64,000 bases of DNA from the NCBI GenBank assembly GCA_965112155.1, contig OZ218103.1, one strand, 5' to 3'. The notes beneath the pieces are model-generated. The model did not search any database. It saw nothing but the letters and a program-made list of their open reading frames with translations, and was not told the DNA's origin. Every line of letters begins with the position of its first letter. The stretch's first letter is position 1. The position numbers and the translations under genes are program-made. Shown piece after piece: positions 1 to 12,485 of this stretch. The stretch comes from Podarcis liolepis. Lineage: Eukaryota.

Positions 1-319
1 AGTCCTGCCATTAACAAAAAAGGCAGTAATTCTGGCCATGCAATCCTTTTTTTCCTTTTGGTTCCAAAAGCCTAAGGAGTCAAAAAGCTTCCTTGAAAAG
101 AACAATGGTAAATTGACTGAGTTAGATCTGCCAATGACAGAAGTCACATACAATGTGTTTACAGTTGCAATCCAATGCACAAGGACCTAGGCATAAGCAA
201 AAACCTTTATGTTCACCCTGGCTATTTAAACACTGTAATTTTTTTTTTATCTCTTAAATCTCATATTATTAGTTTAGTCTATGCTTTGACCGTGGCATTC
301 TATTTTTGTCCCATGGGAT

Positions 320-322
<3 letters not shown>

Positions 323-370
<48 letters not shown>

Positions 371-385
371 TGCGCGCGTGCGTGC
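323..385. repeat. Compound microsatellite (TC)n(TG)n(CG)n
   Basis: Read directly. Confidence 0.95.
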
Positions 386-527
386 TGATGTTATTTCTTC
401 CAATTTAATAGTTTATTGGATTGCTTGATTTGTGTCATGTATCACCTAGAGGATTGGGCGAATAGGCCAAAACTAAATAAATAAAATACTTCTGAATAAA
501 CATGTTTAGCATCACACTAAGAATAAT

Positions 528-870
528 AGGTAAAGGTAAAGGACCCCTGGATGGTTAAGTCCAGTCAAAGTCAACTTTCAGGCCAAGGGAGCCGGCGTTT
601 GTCCACAGACAGCTTTCCAGGTCATGTGGCCAGCATGACTAAACCGCTTCTGGCACAACAGAACACCATGATGGAAGCCAGAGCATACATAAACATAGTT
701 TACCTTCCCACCATAGTGGTTACTTGCACTAGTATGCTTTCGAACTGCTAGGTTGACAGAAGCTGGGACAGAGCAACAGGAGCTCACTCCATCGCGCAGA
801 TTCGAACTGCCAACCTTCTGATCGGCAAACCAAGAGGCTCAGTGGTTTTTGACCACAGTACCACATGCGT
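528..870 (-). mobile_element. Sauria SINE (older copy) with ~26-bp TSD
   Basis: (ACCTTT)n tail read as aggtaaaggtaaag, plus Sauria SINE body. Flanks gtttagcatcacactaagaataatag (504-529) and gtttaggatcacactaataataatag (869-894) differ at 2 positions. Confidence 0.9.
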
Positions 871-1909
871 TTAGGATCACACTAATAATAATAGCGATAA
901 TAATGTAAACACTTCAGTCCTAAGCACACCTATTAGTAAACAATTCTCATAAATCGGCCTTGCAAAGACATGGGCCATTGGTCTAGATATCCCAGTATCC
1001 CCTTCTCCAGCCTGATGCCTTTGGAATGTTCTGAACTCCTATAATCTCTGACTCTTGGCCTTGCTATAACCCAAAATATCAGGAGGGCACTAGGTTGGGG
1101 AATGATGGGCAGTGACTAGCAGCACTCTCCAGAATTTCAGACAGGAGTCTTTCCCACAGCTGCATGGAAAGACTCAGGACAGAAGCTCAGACTGTCTACA
1201 ATCGGAGTGTGCACTGCACCACCAAGCTACGGCCCTGCCATTATTTGCTCAGCTATTCTAGCAATGACAATGAGTTTTGTTTTAAATGCAGCCTGTTGGA
1301 GTCTTGGAGGTGTGCTTAGTAAAATGAGTTTGAGAGAGCAAGAGCTCCCCTGCAGCTTCATTCTTCAGCATGACAAGTACAAGCTATTATGTGATGTGCT
1401 CTGGCTGTATGTGGAGCTTGGCTGTCACCCAGTGGCCATTTTGTGCTTCTTCTTCTGCCTAGTTGGTGTGCCTGTTCTTGTAAGCCTTTCCTTGTGACAA
1501 CTGAGGGCCAAACAAGATGCAGTGTTAAATGTGTATTTAGCAATGACTGGTGGCCATGGGTACTGATGGGTACTGGAGCCAGAGCCAATGGCAGGCAGCA
1601 CCACCCTCTGACTGGCTGTAAGAAAGAAGGCAGGAAGGTGAAGACTGGGATAGTGCCCCCATTTGCCTTAATGCACCAGCCTCCTTTAAAAAAAAATACC
1701 AGTAGCAGCCACTGGCGTTGCAGCAGATGAGAAGGGGGAGATTAACCATTGTCTCTCATGCTGCAGTCCTGATCAAAATTGCCCCTTTGACACTGCTGTT
1801 TGCTTCGGAAGAAAATCCCCCCACTGGTTCCATAAGTACATTTTATCCATTGTGTGATTTATTTCCATAACCAAGATTTTAGGTGACAGTAGCACAATAC
1901 GCACAATAT

Positions 1910-2256
1910 GCGGGTGGCGCTGTGGGTTAAACCACAGAGCCTAGGACTTGCCGATCAGAAGGTCGGCGGTTCGAATCCCTGCGACGGGGTGAGCTCCCGT
2001 TCCTCGGTCCCAGCTCCTGCCAACCTAGCAGTTTGAAAGCACGTCAAAGTGCAAGTAGATAAATAGGTACCGCTCCAGCGGGAAGGTAAATGGCATTTCC
2101 CATGCGCTGCTCTGGTTCACCAAAAGCAGCTTAGTCATGCTGGCCACATGACCTGGAAGCTGTACACCGGCTCCCTCGGCCAATAAAGCGAGATGAGTGC
2201 CGCAACCCCAGAGTCGGTCATGACTGGACCTAATGGTCAGGGGTCCCTTTGCCTTT
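1910..2256 (+). mobile_element. Sauria SINE, near full length
   Basis: tRNA-like head gcgggtggcgctgtgggtt...ggttcgaatccc, body gcaagtagataaataggtacc and tail ggtccctttgccttt. Confidence 0.92.
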
Positions 2257-2467
2257 TATTGTTGTTGTTTAGTCATTTAGTCATGTCCAACTCTTCGTCA
2301 CCCTATGGACCAGAGCACGCCAGACACTCCTGTCTTCTACTGCCTCCTGCAGTTTGGTCAGACTCGTGCTGGTAGCTTCGAGAACACTGTCCAACCATCT
2401 TGTCCTCTGTCATCTCCTTCTCCTTGTGCCCTCAATCTTTCCCAACATCAGGGTCTTTTCCAGGGAC
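2257..2467 (-). mobile_element. Bov-B/RTE LINE 3' end fragment
   Basis: tccaaccatcttgtcctctgtc...gccctcaatctttcccaacatcagggtcttttcca matches the recalled Bov-B 3' region. The (CAA)n-like tail appears as ttgttgttg. Confidence 0.85.
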
Positions 2468-3179
2468 CTAGCACAATATGCTGTTGGTACATCCTGGAAG
2501 AGATAGCCTTGCTTCTGGTAAATTGGCCATGCAGCTGTTTGTTCCCCTTTAAACATCTGACAGCTTGCTTGTTCTTGCACAAGGGCAGGGCCATGAAAAA
2601 AGAGCAGATCTGAGGGGAAGCAAAACTATTAACCAACAACATCCATATGTTGAAAGAGGAGGAGCTGATTACTAATTACAACCTCTAATAGACCTGCACA
2701 ACTGCATTCTACGTAGTGACTTACTGCCCTGGGAAAGTATAGCATTTTCCCTAGGTACAAAATATTGCACTCTGGGTGCTTGGACACCACAATAACCAAG
2801 AAAAAAGAGGGGGGACTATCTGCCTGCAGACTGTCTGCAACAATTGTGTATTTATAGCACCAAAAATGGTCATGCCGGAAGGCCCTAGATGGCTGATTTG
2901 GGAGGGTGCCTTCCTAATGTCACATGGCTGAAGTGTATTGATTAATCTTTAAATGCTCTATTTGTTTTTGCTCCCATGTCTTCCAAAACAGCCTAGTGTT
3001 AAGTAGAGCAGAGGATGATTTGTGTTAGGCAAGGCTTGAGATGCATTAGTTGGTAACTCTGTCAAATCTGCAGTGTGCAGGGCTCTGGCAATACCTGATT
3101 ATCACAGATCCACAACTGATTTTGCCTCTCCTGTTGTTCATGTGATCACCATCTCAGACTCTCTGTCCTCATTCCACAG

Positions 3180-3294
3180 GAGTCTGGACCGCCTTGATTC
3201 GGTGGAGATCCTTTTGCCTCCAAAATTCCCAAGCTGGGAGGAAGAATACAACCAGATCGCAGACAACCTTGATGAGTCCAGTTGCATCAACCAG
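3180..3294 (+). CDS. DLGAP4: DLGAP4/SAPAP4 internal coding exon (115 nt, phase 2 in, phase 0 out)
   Basis: Acceptor ctctgtcctcattccacag|G and donor CAG|gtaaga. Encodes (R)SLDRLDSVEILLPPKFPSWEEEYNQIADNLDESSCINQ, matching from memory mammalian DLGAP4 SLDRLDSVDMLLPSKCPSWEEDY...SSCISQ. Confidence 0.93.
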
Positions 3295-3499
3295 GTAAGA
3301 GCCAGCAGTTCACAGCACCAAGGAGGACTAGCCTGAGAGTGGGGAAGGAGCAGTAAGACGGGGGGAGGTGGCTTTATATAAGATCATTTGCTCACATTGC
3401 AGCTCAAAACAAATTTTGCATTTCCCACATTGGCTAGAATGTGAAGTCAATCTCTTCTGGTTCTGATTGCTGTAGCACAAATATCTCAGAAGAGGTTCA

Positions 3500-3630
3500 N
3501 NNNNNNNNNNNNNNNNNNNNNNNNNNNNNNNNNNNNNNNNNNNNNNNNNNNNNNNNNNNNNNNNNNNNNNNNNNNNNNNNNNNNNNNNNNNNNNNNNNNN
3601 NNNNNNNNNNNNNNNNNNNNNNNNNNNNNN
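3500..3630. other. Assembly gap (131 N)
   Basis: Run of n. Confidence 0.99.
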
Positions 3631-3762
3631 NAATAAATACTCAACATTCTGTGGCCACTGAGCATTCTCAGTCCTCATTGGGTAGTTTTGGGGTCCTTCC
3701 TTTCCCTTTAGGGTTGCCCCTGCTTCTTCTGCAAACCTTGGTATTTCCCCAAGCTGGCTATT

Positions 3763-3764
<2 letters not shown>

Positions 3765-3803
<39 letters not shown>
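3765..3803. repeat. (GT)n microsatellite
   Basis: Read directly. Confidence 0.95.
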
Positions 3804-3804
<1 letters not shown>

Positions 3805-5027
3805 ATGGTGCTGTTTGGCCTGCATAAGGATTAGCACAGAGAGAATCAGTTCACTACTAGTATATAGGATGCTAAGATGAACCTTGCTGGATCAGAATAA
3901 AGTTCCATCTAATCCAGTGTCTAGGATCAGACAATGGACAAGCTGATGCCTCCAGGAAGCCAGCAAGGTATGGAGGTGACAACCTTGCCCTTCTGTTTGC
4001 TTGTCCCTTGGCAACTGGCACCTGAAGCTGGAGGCTCCCTGTAGCTAACAGCCACCGATTGACTTAACTTCCTGAATTTGTCCGTGTGGGAACAAAACTA
4101 AAGTGGGTGAGGTCAAAGCTGGCAGTGGATGGAGCTACTCCACACTCCCTCACACACTTGCATGAACACTACACCCACATCTCTCTCACACATGCATACA
4201 TGCCACACATCTTTCTTTTACGCGCTGTGTATATCTCTCACAGATACTCTTGCACAGGAGGATGCAAAGGGCTATCCCACACACTCTTTAGCTGTTCTAG
4301 AGTCATTGGCACCAAGGGCTGGATCTTGTGGCATGGTGATTAGCCTTACACTACTTGAACACATGTTGAAAGAGTGACTGAGGCAATTGAGTGAAAAAGA
4401 GAGGCCTGCACCTTTCATAGTTGTGTAGAAGGGGGTGGGTCCCAGCAGGTGCTGGGGGGAGCAGGTATCCCTCTTCTGGCCAGCTCTTCAAAGCACAGGA
4501 GCCTTGTCTACTTTTGTGTCTGATGTGTGGGGATGGATGTGAAGTCTTTGAAAAGTGGGTTTAGCCGGCTGGTCAAACCTTCACAAGACCAAGAATGACA
4601 TCAAAATCCTGTGTTCATGTATACTGAGTAAACACATCACCAAGCAGAAGTTATTAATACATTTTGCTGGAAGACCAGCATTGACTCTGTACCACAAGGG
4701 ATGGATCACATGTGAGATTCAAATACAGGCACAATATTTGCTTTTGTGATATTTGTCTATACCTTCCATTTGTCTGGTGTCTCCCCCTTTATAAAGAAAA
4801 TACTTTGTGAAGCTGTTTGAGATCCTCAGGAAAGAGGCTATATTATATTTGTCCAATAAGAAACAATCAGCAACCATGTCTTGGATGTTGCAAATCAAGC
4901 GCATCAAACTCACTTTGCTAAATTACTACTTCCCTTAATCACTCCTTTAAAAGTAGCAAGCACATTATACTTCTAAGGCTCAGGTAGCAGAAAGGTTTGG
5001 GTTTGTTACATTTCTATATCACTACCC

Positions 5028-5028
<1 letters not shown>

Positions 5029-5065
<37 letters not shown>
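5029..5065. repeat. (AC)n microsatellite
   Basis: Read directly. Confidence 0.95.
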
Positions 5066-5070
<5 letters not shown>

Positions 5071-7187
5071 ATCCCCAAAGCAATTTACAGTCAGAGCAAA
5101 AACAGGGTAATGAAAATGCACAAGCTATCGAAAGCATAGGGTAGCATTCAATGGTAATCCTATTCATAGTAAACCCACTGAAGTTAACAAACATAACTAA
5201 TTTATGGTTCATTAATTTCAATGGGTCTACTCTAAGCAGTTGAATACCATCCATAGGCCCACCCTCTCAAACCCTGAGCCAACCCTGATTCACAATTGTA
5301 GTAGTGTTTTGTGGGAGGGTTTGTTTGAAATCTGCCAGCATTGTTGAAAGGAGATCACTATGACATGATTCTCTATTGATACAATTGACCACTGAGCCAG
5401 TCTACCAGTAATCCATGAGCCCAGCCCTCAAATTTTGCTCATGGTCATGTGCTTTTGCAGTGGTTGAAACGTTGCGAATTTTATTCTTGCTGTGAGGCAA
5501 TCTGTGAGATTTTATTTCTTCAGGGCTTTCCATAAAGAAGCTGCATCTTAGAGATACTGCTAATGCCTGAAGAGAAAGAAGGAAATACAATTACTCATGA
5601 GCCATTTAAACCCAAATTACATGAAAATTGATATGCATATGATAGGAGATAGGCATCTATACAAAATACCAACATTAACCTTTGCCATTTTAAGCAAGCA
5701 GGTTCTTAGATTGTCGTTTTAAACCAAATGTTAATTTTTGAATTTTCAAAAGGTTTTCATTTCCTACCATATGCACAAACCTGCTTTCATTTCTGAACAG
5801 TTTTATCTCTCTAGCAAGCACTTAGAAATGGCTTATGTGGCCTTTTTTCCGCAACAAGAAAAAATGAGAATGGGTGTATTTTCCTACCCAAATCTGATTA
5901 ATTCAGCACCATTAAAATTGCAAAGGAACTTCCTTTGTTCTGAATACATTTCTCAATGGCTCAGTTTGGATTATCTTTCCTAGATTTTTTTCCAGCATGA
6001 GGGAAACAAGAAGTTCTGGAATCTACTTTATCAATTCCATTTTAATGAAGAGTAACAACCACATGCACCTAGTCTTAAGAGTTCTCAAATTGGACCACAC
6101 AGCTGTTCCTGCTGAGTCCAGGTGGGATGTACAACCCCATCTAAGGCTCCAACCCTAGGCAAACTTCTTTGGGAATAAGTCCCACTGAACTCAGCAGAAG
6201 TTCCTCCAAAGTAAATATACACAGGCTCAGTCCTTTTATTAAGAATTCTGAATCCAAGCTCTTCTACTTAGATTATGCTTTACTAGCATAATCATTCTCC
6301 ACAGACTTGTAGGTTAACTCTATACAGATGTGAATGGCCAGTAGAATGGAAAGGAAACGAATGAGAGAAATGTAATGTGTTGGCAGCAACCAGTCTGTTG
6401 GGGAGTGTGCTCCTTACTGAGACAAATAACTCAGGTGAGGAGCCCTGTTTATCACTAAACAGGGTATCATAGCTATGATAAAGGAGCATCTTGCCTACAA
6501 TGGGTTCAGGTGTTTTGCTGTTTTTTGACTAGATCTTCATAATGTGGTGGTAAGGGTCTGACAAAGCAATCAATATAATACCTGCTCTATGTATATCCTA
6601 GTAGATTAAATTGAAAATACTCGTATCAGTGGTAGCTTGATGAGGACCAGTCCATTGGTGGTGAGAAGAACTAATCAATATACAAACACAGCCATTCTGG
6701 GTGTAGGATTGTGCTCATGGTTTTTTAATGATCTTGTTAGAAGAGCATCTAGAATGCTAAGATCTGTAAAGATTCAGATTGGGCAACAGAAACTAAGTAC
6801 CAATATTGTGGAGCTCTGTACCTCTTTTCCAGTTCCCAGACAATTCCTCTTATTTGGACTTCAAGATTTTGTGTTATTCATGGCAATTGGAGAGTAGGCT
6901 TTTGCTGTAAACTGTGAAAGGTTGGCTGATCACCCTTGTATTAAAATTACTTTTTGTCAAAGTGTTCACTGTAACTAGGGGCTGATCATTTTGTCTGTTT
7001 TGTTTGTGTTGATTTTTGTTTCACTGTGCTTGGTTAGCTTCCTCATGAGCCTTTGGCTTGGACGTCATGGACCAAAACTGTTACATGGTCACCACTGTCA
7101 CTCTGTGATTCCTGTAGAGTGCTTCTGTACAGAAGCAGTGAAATCCCCATCCCTCACACTTTAATCTTCTCCAACTCTTTCTTCCAG

Positions 7188-7238
7188 ATGTTTGGACAAC
7201 CCTCATTTATCCCACAGATATTTACACAAGGAGAGCAG
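7188..7238 (+). CDS. DLGAP4: DLGAP4 internal coding exon (51 nt, phase 0/0)
   Basis: Acceptor ccaactctttcttccag|ATG and donor CAG|gtaccg. Encodes MFGQPSFIPQIFTQGEQ, similar to mammalian IFGQASLIPQLFGHEQQ. Frame is continuous with both flanking exons. Confidence 0.9.
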
Positions 7239-8561
7239 GTACCGTCATCTGACAAATCTTCTACTGCCCCTTACATGCACAAATGAAGTTATTTTATACA
7301 TCCAGGCCACTGATCCACCTACCTAAGTACTAGCTGCAGTGGCTGACATCAGCTCTCCAAAGTCCCAGGCAGGATTCTCTCCCAGCACTTTAACATGCTC
7401 ACTGTGTATCAAACTTTCTGAATAGATGTGCTGCCTTTTAGAGACCATTGCACAATATTTGAGGTTGGGCTGCCTGTTGAGAGGAGGTAAGAGAAACTGG
7501 GATGAGCTGAGTGAAGTAGCAGAGAGTTTGCATCTTATTCCGAGGTGGATTGGTGGTTGCAGATGTTCCCTGTTGCCCTTCAGTGCTGGAGTGAGGCTCA
7601 AGCTAAATCGTCCTGTGACAAGGTCTGACCTGGCTCAAAATCAGTAGCTATGAAGGATACCTTTGGAAATCAGAGAAGGAACCCATCTTAAAGATTTATG
7701 CCCTGTATGGAGGGATCAGGAAAAAGGACAACAAATAAACTGGGTTAGGTTAAGAAAACAAGTGGCCCTTACTGCTTCAGTTTAAACTGTTGTTTATTAT
7801 GCATTGATTCCCTACGAAGGTTTAAATATATGGATATCTTGTTCAACTGGTGTCAGCCACACCAAGGTTAGTGGCGGAAACTGGGCTTAACAAACATGAG
7901 AAAGCATCAGCATCATATTGAAAGGGATTTAGGACAAATGCTATGTTGTAACAGCTGGGATAGGATGGAAACATTAGCCCCTGCTATGTTCCTCTGCATA
8001 ATCTGAGAAGAATCTTTTAGCCTAGAACTGGATGTAAATATGATAGGCTTTGGTGAAATGAATAGAATCAATTCTTCCCAATTATAAACATGACCCAGGA
8101 ATAGATTATTAGATTTGGGGACATAAGTGGAAGCTTAAGAGTTGCTGAGCATCACAGAGTGATTAATGTCCTTTTGGGTTCTTTCTCCATGAGCTTACCT
8201 GGGCATTGTAACATCCTCATTCACAGAAATGCCATGTCCCCATCCTTTGAGGATCTCAAATAACTTTATATCACCATTGAACTAGTCTCACAGCATCCTT
8301 GCCCAGCTTGTGATGCACCAAGCTTGAGTACAACCCAGAAGCAATGTATGGTGGTGACCCATCAGAGGCTTGGTGAACCTCCTGGCTCTTCTGCTGCCTG
8401 ATTGGCAATGCCAAAGCACAGGTACAGACAAGCACCTCACAAACAAGAATGCAGCAGAGCTGGTCACCTGCGTCGCTATCTCAGCTACAAGTTGTGCTTC
8501 TTCTGCTTTGAAGTCAAGAGAAAATGGACCTGTGTCAAAAGCCAACAGTACATTATTTAAG

Positions 8562-8700
8562 GCAGGAATGGGGAACCTATGGCTCTCCAGATTTTGTTGG
8601 ACAATAACTCCCACTGGCTCCTGCTGGCAGGGCCCAATGGCCAGGGATAGTGGAAACTGTCATCCACCAACATCTAGAGGGCCATATGTTCCCCATTTCT
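8562..8700. mobile_element. ~130-bp palindromic hAT-like MITE (relatives near 10963, 23015, 23530, 30733, 35505, 41720, 51590)
   Basis: caggaatggggaacctatggctctccagattttgttggac...ccaacatctagagggccatatgttccccatttctg is self-complementary, and the motif recurs through the window. Confidence 0.7.
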
Positions 8701-8865
8701 GATTTGAAGAGCAGAGCCTTCAACCACTTCATTCCACATACTCACTTATAAATTCATACATCTTAACAACACAATAAATGCATTCAAGCAAAAAGGGAGG
8801 GGAACCCATGAGATCATATCTGGGAAGTTCTTTTGGCAGGAGAATGACCACCTTTGTTCTTGCAG

Positions 8866-9112
8866 GCGAGAGAACCAGAGCTGAACGACCAATATGAGGG
8901 GATGTGCGAATCAGCCTACAGCGAAGCAGAATCGGCCACTGTAGAAGTCCTGGACCTGCCTCTTCCCAGTTACTTTCGCTCCCGGAGCCACAGCTACCTC
9001 CGAGCAATCCAGGCAGGCTGCTCCCAAGAGGAGGACACCATCTCGGTGCGGTCTCTCTCTCCACCCCCAGCCAACAGCATCAGTGGCAGTCGGACGCTTC
9101 CCAGCAACAGCA
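8866..9112 (+). CDS. DLGAP4: DLGAP4 internal coding exon with a GKAP/SAPAP PSD-95 GK-binding repeat (247 nt, phase 0 in, phase 1 out)
   Basis: Acceptor ctttgttcttgcag|GCG and donor AGCA|gtaagt. Encodes AREPELNDQYEGMCESAYSEAES...LDLPLPSYFRSRSHSYLRAIQAGCSQEED...SRTLPSNS. RSHSYLRA is the DLGAP family R-x-x-S-Y-x-x-A repeat. Confidence 0.96.
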
Positions 9113-9464
9113 GTAAGTCTGACCATACGGGGCTGGAGTGGAGGAGGAGCGGGAACTGGAGGGGGAAGCCAGACATGGCTTGGCTAGAGTGTGATGAACA
9201 TTGTAAAGAGAGTTTTGAGCACAACATAAATTTCCAGGTCAGTGTTGCTTCAAAGAAGCAGTGACTGGGTTTTTCCATACGCACTGAATGGGGGCTTAGG
9301 ATCTGGTTTCAATTAACGTAAGGACTTAGAAGTTGACCTATCTATCTATCTGTCTGTCTATCTGTCTATCATCTTTCTAAATCTTATATTCTATTTCTGT
9401 ATCAGCACAACAGAGAATGATTTGACTCAAAAATCATAGAGTACAATCCAGCCAAAGTTCAGTA

Positions 9465-9690
9465 CAGTGGTACCTCGGGTTAAGTACTTAATTCGTTCCG
9501 GAGATCCGTACTTAACCTGAAACTGTTCTTAACCTGAAGCACCACTTTAGCTAACGGGGCCTCCTGCTGCCGCCGCACCGCCGGAGAATGATTTCTGTTC
9601 TTATCCTGAAGCAAAGTTCTTAACCTGAAGCACTATTTCTGGGTTAGTGGAGTCTGTAACCTGAAGCGGATGTAACCCGGGGTACCACTG
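9465..9690. mobile_element. Non-autonomous Tc1/mariner-superfamily (pogo/Tigger-like) MITE
   Basis: TIRs cagtggtacctcgggtta / taacccggggtaccactg, TA on both sides, internal taacctgaa repeats. Confidence 0.9.
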
Positions 9691-9716
9691 TATTATAGAG
9701 GAGTCTTTCTCCTCTA

Positions 9717-9939
9717 CAGTGGTACCTCGTGTTATGTACTGTCCCCCTTATGAATGCTTCAGGTTACACGCTCCACTAACCCGGAAGTAGATGCCCCAGG
9801 ATGCGAGCGGAAGTCACGCTCCAGCAGTGCGGCAGCAGCGAGAGACCCCATTAGCGAAAGCGCGCCTCATGTTACAAGCCATTTCCGGTTACAAACAGAC
9901 CTCCGGAACGGATTAAGTTCATAACCGGAGGTACCACTG
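9717..9939. mobile_element. pogo/Tigger-like MITE, inverted relative to 9465-9690
   Basis: TIRs cagtggtacctcgtgttat / ataaccggaggtaccactg with TA TSD. The ctccggaacggattaagt motif is at the right end, while its reverse complement is at the left end of the neighbour. Confidence 0.9.
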
Positions 9940-10033
9940 TATTCCCTTTATGCCACATTGCTAAGCACTTTCTATTTCAGTGTGGCATAGAAATGTTTCT
10001 TTTGCATACCTTAGTATGAATATATCTAAATGG

Positions 10034-10074
<41 letters not shown>
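10034..10074. repeat. (GATT)n microsatellite
   Basis: Read directly. Confidence 0.95.
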
Positions 10075-10075
<1 letters not shown>

Positions 10076-10126
10076 AGTGATATCCTAAAGGAGTATATAT
10101 AATAACTCCTCCTCATGTACTTGGGA

Positions 10127-10254
10127 GAATCATAGAATTGTGGCGTTGGAAGGGACCCTGAGGATCATCTAGTCTGACCCCTTGCAATGCAGGAATACGC
10201 ACCTTTTCCATACAGGGATTGAACCTGTGACCTTGGCATTATGAGCACCACGCT
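10127..10254 (-). mobile_element. Short tRNA-derived SINE with CR1-like tail
   Basis: gaatcatagaattg tail (reverse complement of attctatgattc) and B-box-like gggattgaacc. Confidence 0.7.
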
Positions 10255-12485
10255 TGGTGTTAAGATCCAGCCAGCAGTGGTTTCAAATCTTATCTTGTCC
10301 ACCATCAAGGGCTGGTTTCCTAGGCATGACAAGTTTAAAGCAATCTTGGAAACTGACTTGCTATTAATACAGGGTCTGTCGAAGATTTTAATCACCTTAT
10401 TGGATGCTGATGAAACTTTGTCACATAGCTAAGCTAGCAACGGCACGTGACTTTAAATGTTCGTGAAACAGCTGGTCAAGTACTACATGATGCCAAGAGG
10501 TCTCTCTTTCCACCCGTAATCCTCTTACTCACAGCAAAGGATTCTTTTTTTCCCCCACAGATGGGGTGGGGCCACACACAGAGCAAGCTAAGAGCCCAGT
10601 CCTTGCTTCATTTTGTCTCCCCAGACAACAGTTGGGTTGGGAGGGTGTGCTTTTCCACTGATTTCATTTGGAACATCACCGAGAAGTCTGTGCTAATGGA
10701 CTTCTCTCAACATCCCACCTTAGATGTCTAGAAAGAGACTTAGCTGTGAGTGTGAATCTGTCTCACTTAGCAAAATGTCAAAACATAGCCAAGATGTGTC
10801 ATAAGGAGGGACTGTTACAAACAATTTCTTTAAAGACGATGACATTTTGAGGCCTCTTTGCATTAAACACTGTTTGTAAATGAAAGATAGCAGACTGGTA
10901 CTTTGCTGACATTAAATATATACGGTATATACACAGAGGAGCCCATATTATTAGTCTGTCATTAGCCTTCCCCAACCTGGTGCCCTCCAGGTGTCTTAGA
11001 CTTGAACACCCATGAGCCACAGACAGCATGGCCAGTGGTCGAGGATAATGGGAGTTATAGTCCAAAACATTTTGGTGGGCACAAGGCTGTGGAAGGCTGG
11101 TCTAAATACTTTATCAGAATTACAGTCTTATCTCTAGCCTTGTTTATCTAGTTCATTTTGTCCTGTGGGAAATATTCATAGGACTCCAGGCAAATGCTGC
11201 AATCTTACACACATTTACTTTGGAATTAGCTCTAGTGAAGAACTTCTGTGTAAAAATGCAAAAGGATCAAGCTGTTAATTACATACTGTATTTCCTGTTC
11301 AGCACTCACTCTGCCCAGTACAGTCCATGTAAATGACACTAGGTTGGTCCAAGGATTCTATTATATGAGTGTTCCTCAAATGTAGTTCTCCTGAACTCAA
11401 AGGTGTGTTTAGCCTTTCAAATACTTTGACAGGATGGCATCCTTCCTACGTCTCCCTGCTGTTCTTCAGAAGACAGCTTAACCTGAAATATTTTTCTTCC
11501 TGCATATGTAATACGACGGTTGCAATTGTCACTGTGCTTGCGTGTTTGGACGACTGCATTAAAATTGTAGAGCATATAATTTGTGATGTTGTGCACTGAA
11601 AAGAAAGCTGCTCAGGCTGCAATCAGCATGGGATTTGTGGCTTTTGGGGATTTATGGCTTGTCTCGTGAAAAATAAATTGCACTTGGCAGTGAGATATAA
11701 ATTCTGATGCTGTTAAGACACTGTTCTGCTCTTTCCTTTTGACGGAATAGGAAAAGGATTTAAATTCCTGTTGGCTGAAGACATCAGCCTCATGTGCCCC
11801 CGACATCTGAATAGACTCTCTTGGCGTATATTAAACATTGGGCTGCGTTAACGAGCTCACAGATTGCGCTACAATTACACTTTCAGCATTTTTTAAAAAA
11901 TTCAGCTACAATGACAGCTTTTTGTAGGCTGAGATTTCTGTCGTTTGCAGGCAAGGACTCTGGCCTTTGAGAGCTGCGTAACAGGCAAAGTTCAGCTAAA
12001 GAGTTAACCTTTCTAAAAGTCTGCTGGAAAGCTTTATATTATACCTAAAGGGGATTGACACATGATTACACCTATCCCAGTGCTTCTCAGGCAGTGGGTC
12101 AAGACCCACCAGTGGGCCTTGGGGTACTTTCAGATGGGCCTTAGCACCACAGATTCCTCCTCCCCACCCCCACACCCCCACTGTTATCCCTGTGCCTTAA
12201 CAGTTTGTTTAGACCAGTGGCAGCACCAGCGAATCCTTACATGCTAAGTAAAGGGGGCCAAGTTCAGGTAGGGGAAAGAGGGAAGGGAAGTTTCCCTCCT
12301 CTGCAGTAGAAAAGCCAGAGGACATGTGGAAGGAAATTAGAAAGTGAGAAACGAGATCACCATTCGTTATTGTTGCTGATGTTGTTAAATAGATAAAATG
12401 GAAATAGAAAAGGAGGAGATAAGTGGAAAGCGATTATAAGAGGGACAAGTGACGATAAAAGAACCAGGGTGAAGGAAAGAAAGTT

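Noticed and set aside
3328-3837. ORFs of 169 and 128 aa
   Set aside because: They span the N gap and a (GT)n microsatellite.
9113-9264. ORF continuing about 50 codons past the exon donor
   Set aside because: A consensus gtaagt donor sits where similarity to DLGAP4 ends, and no nearby AATAAA was seen to support a terminal exon.
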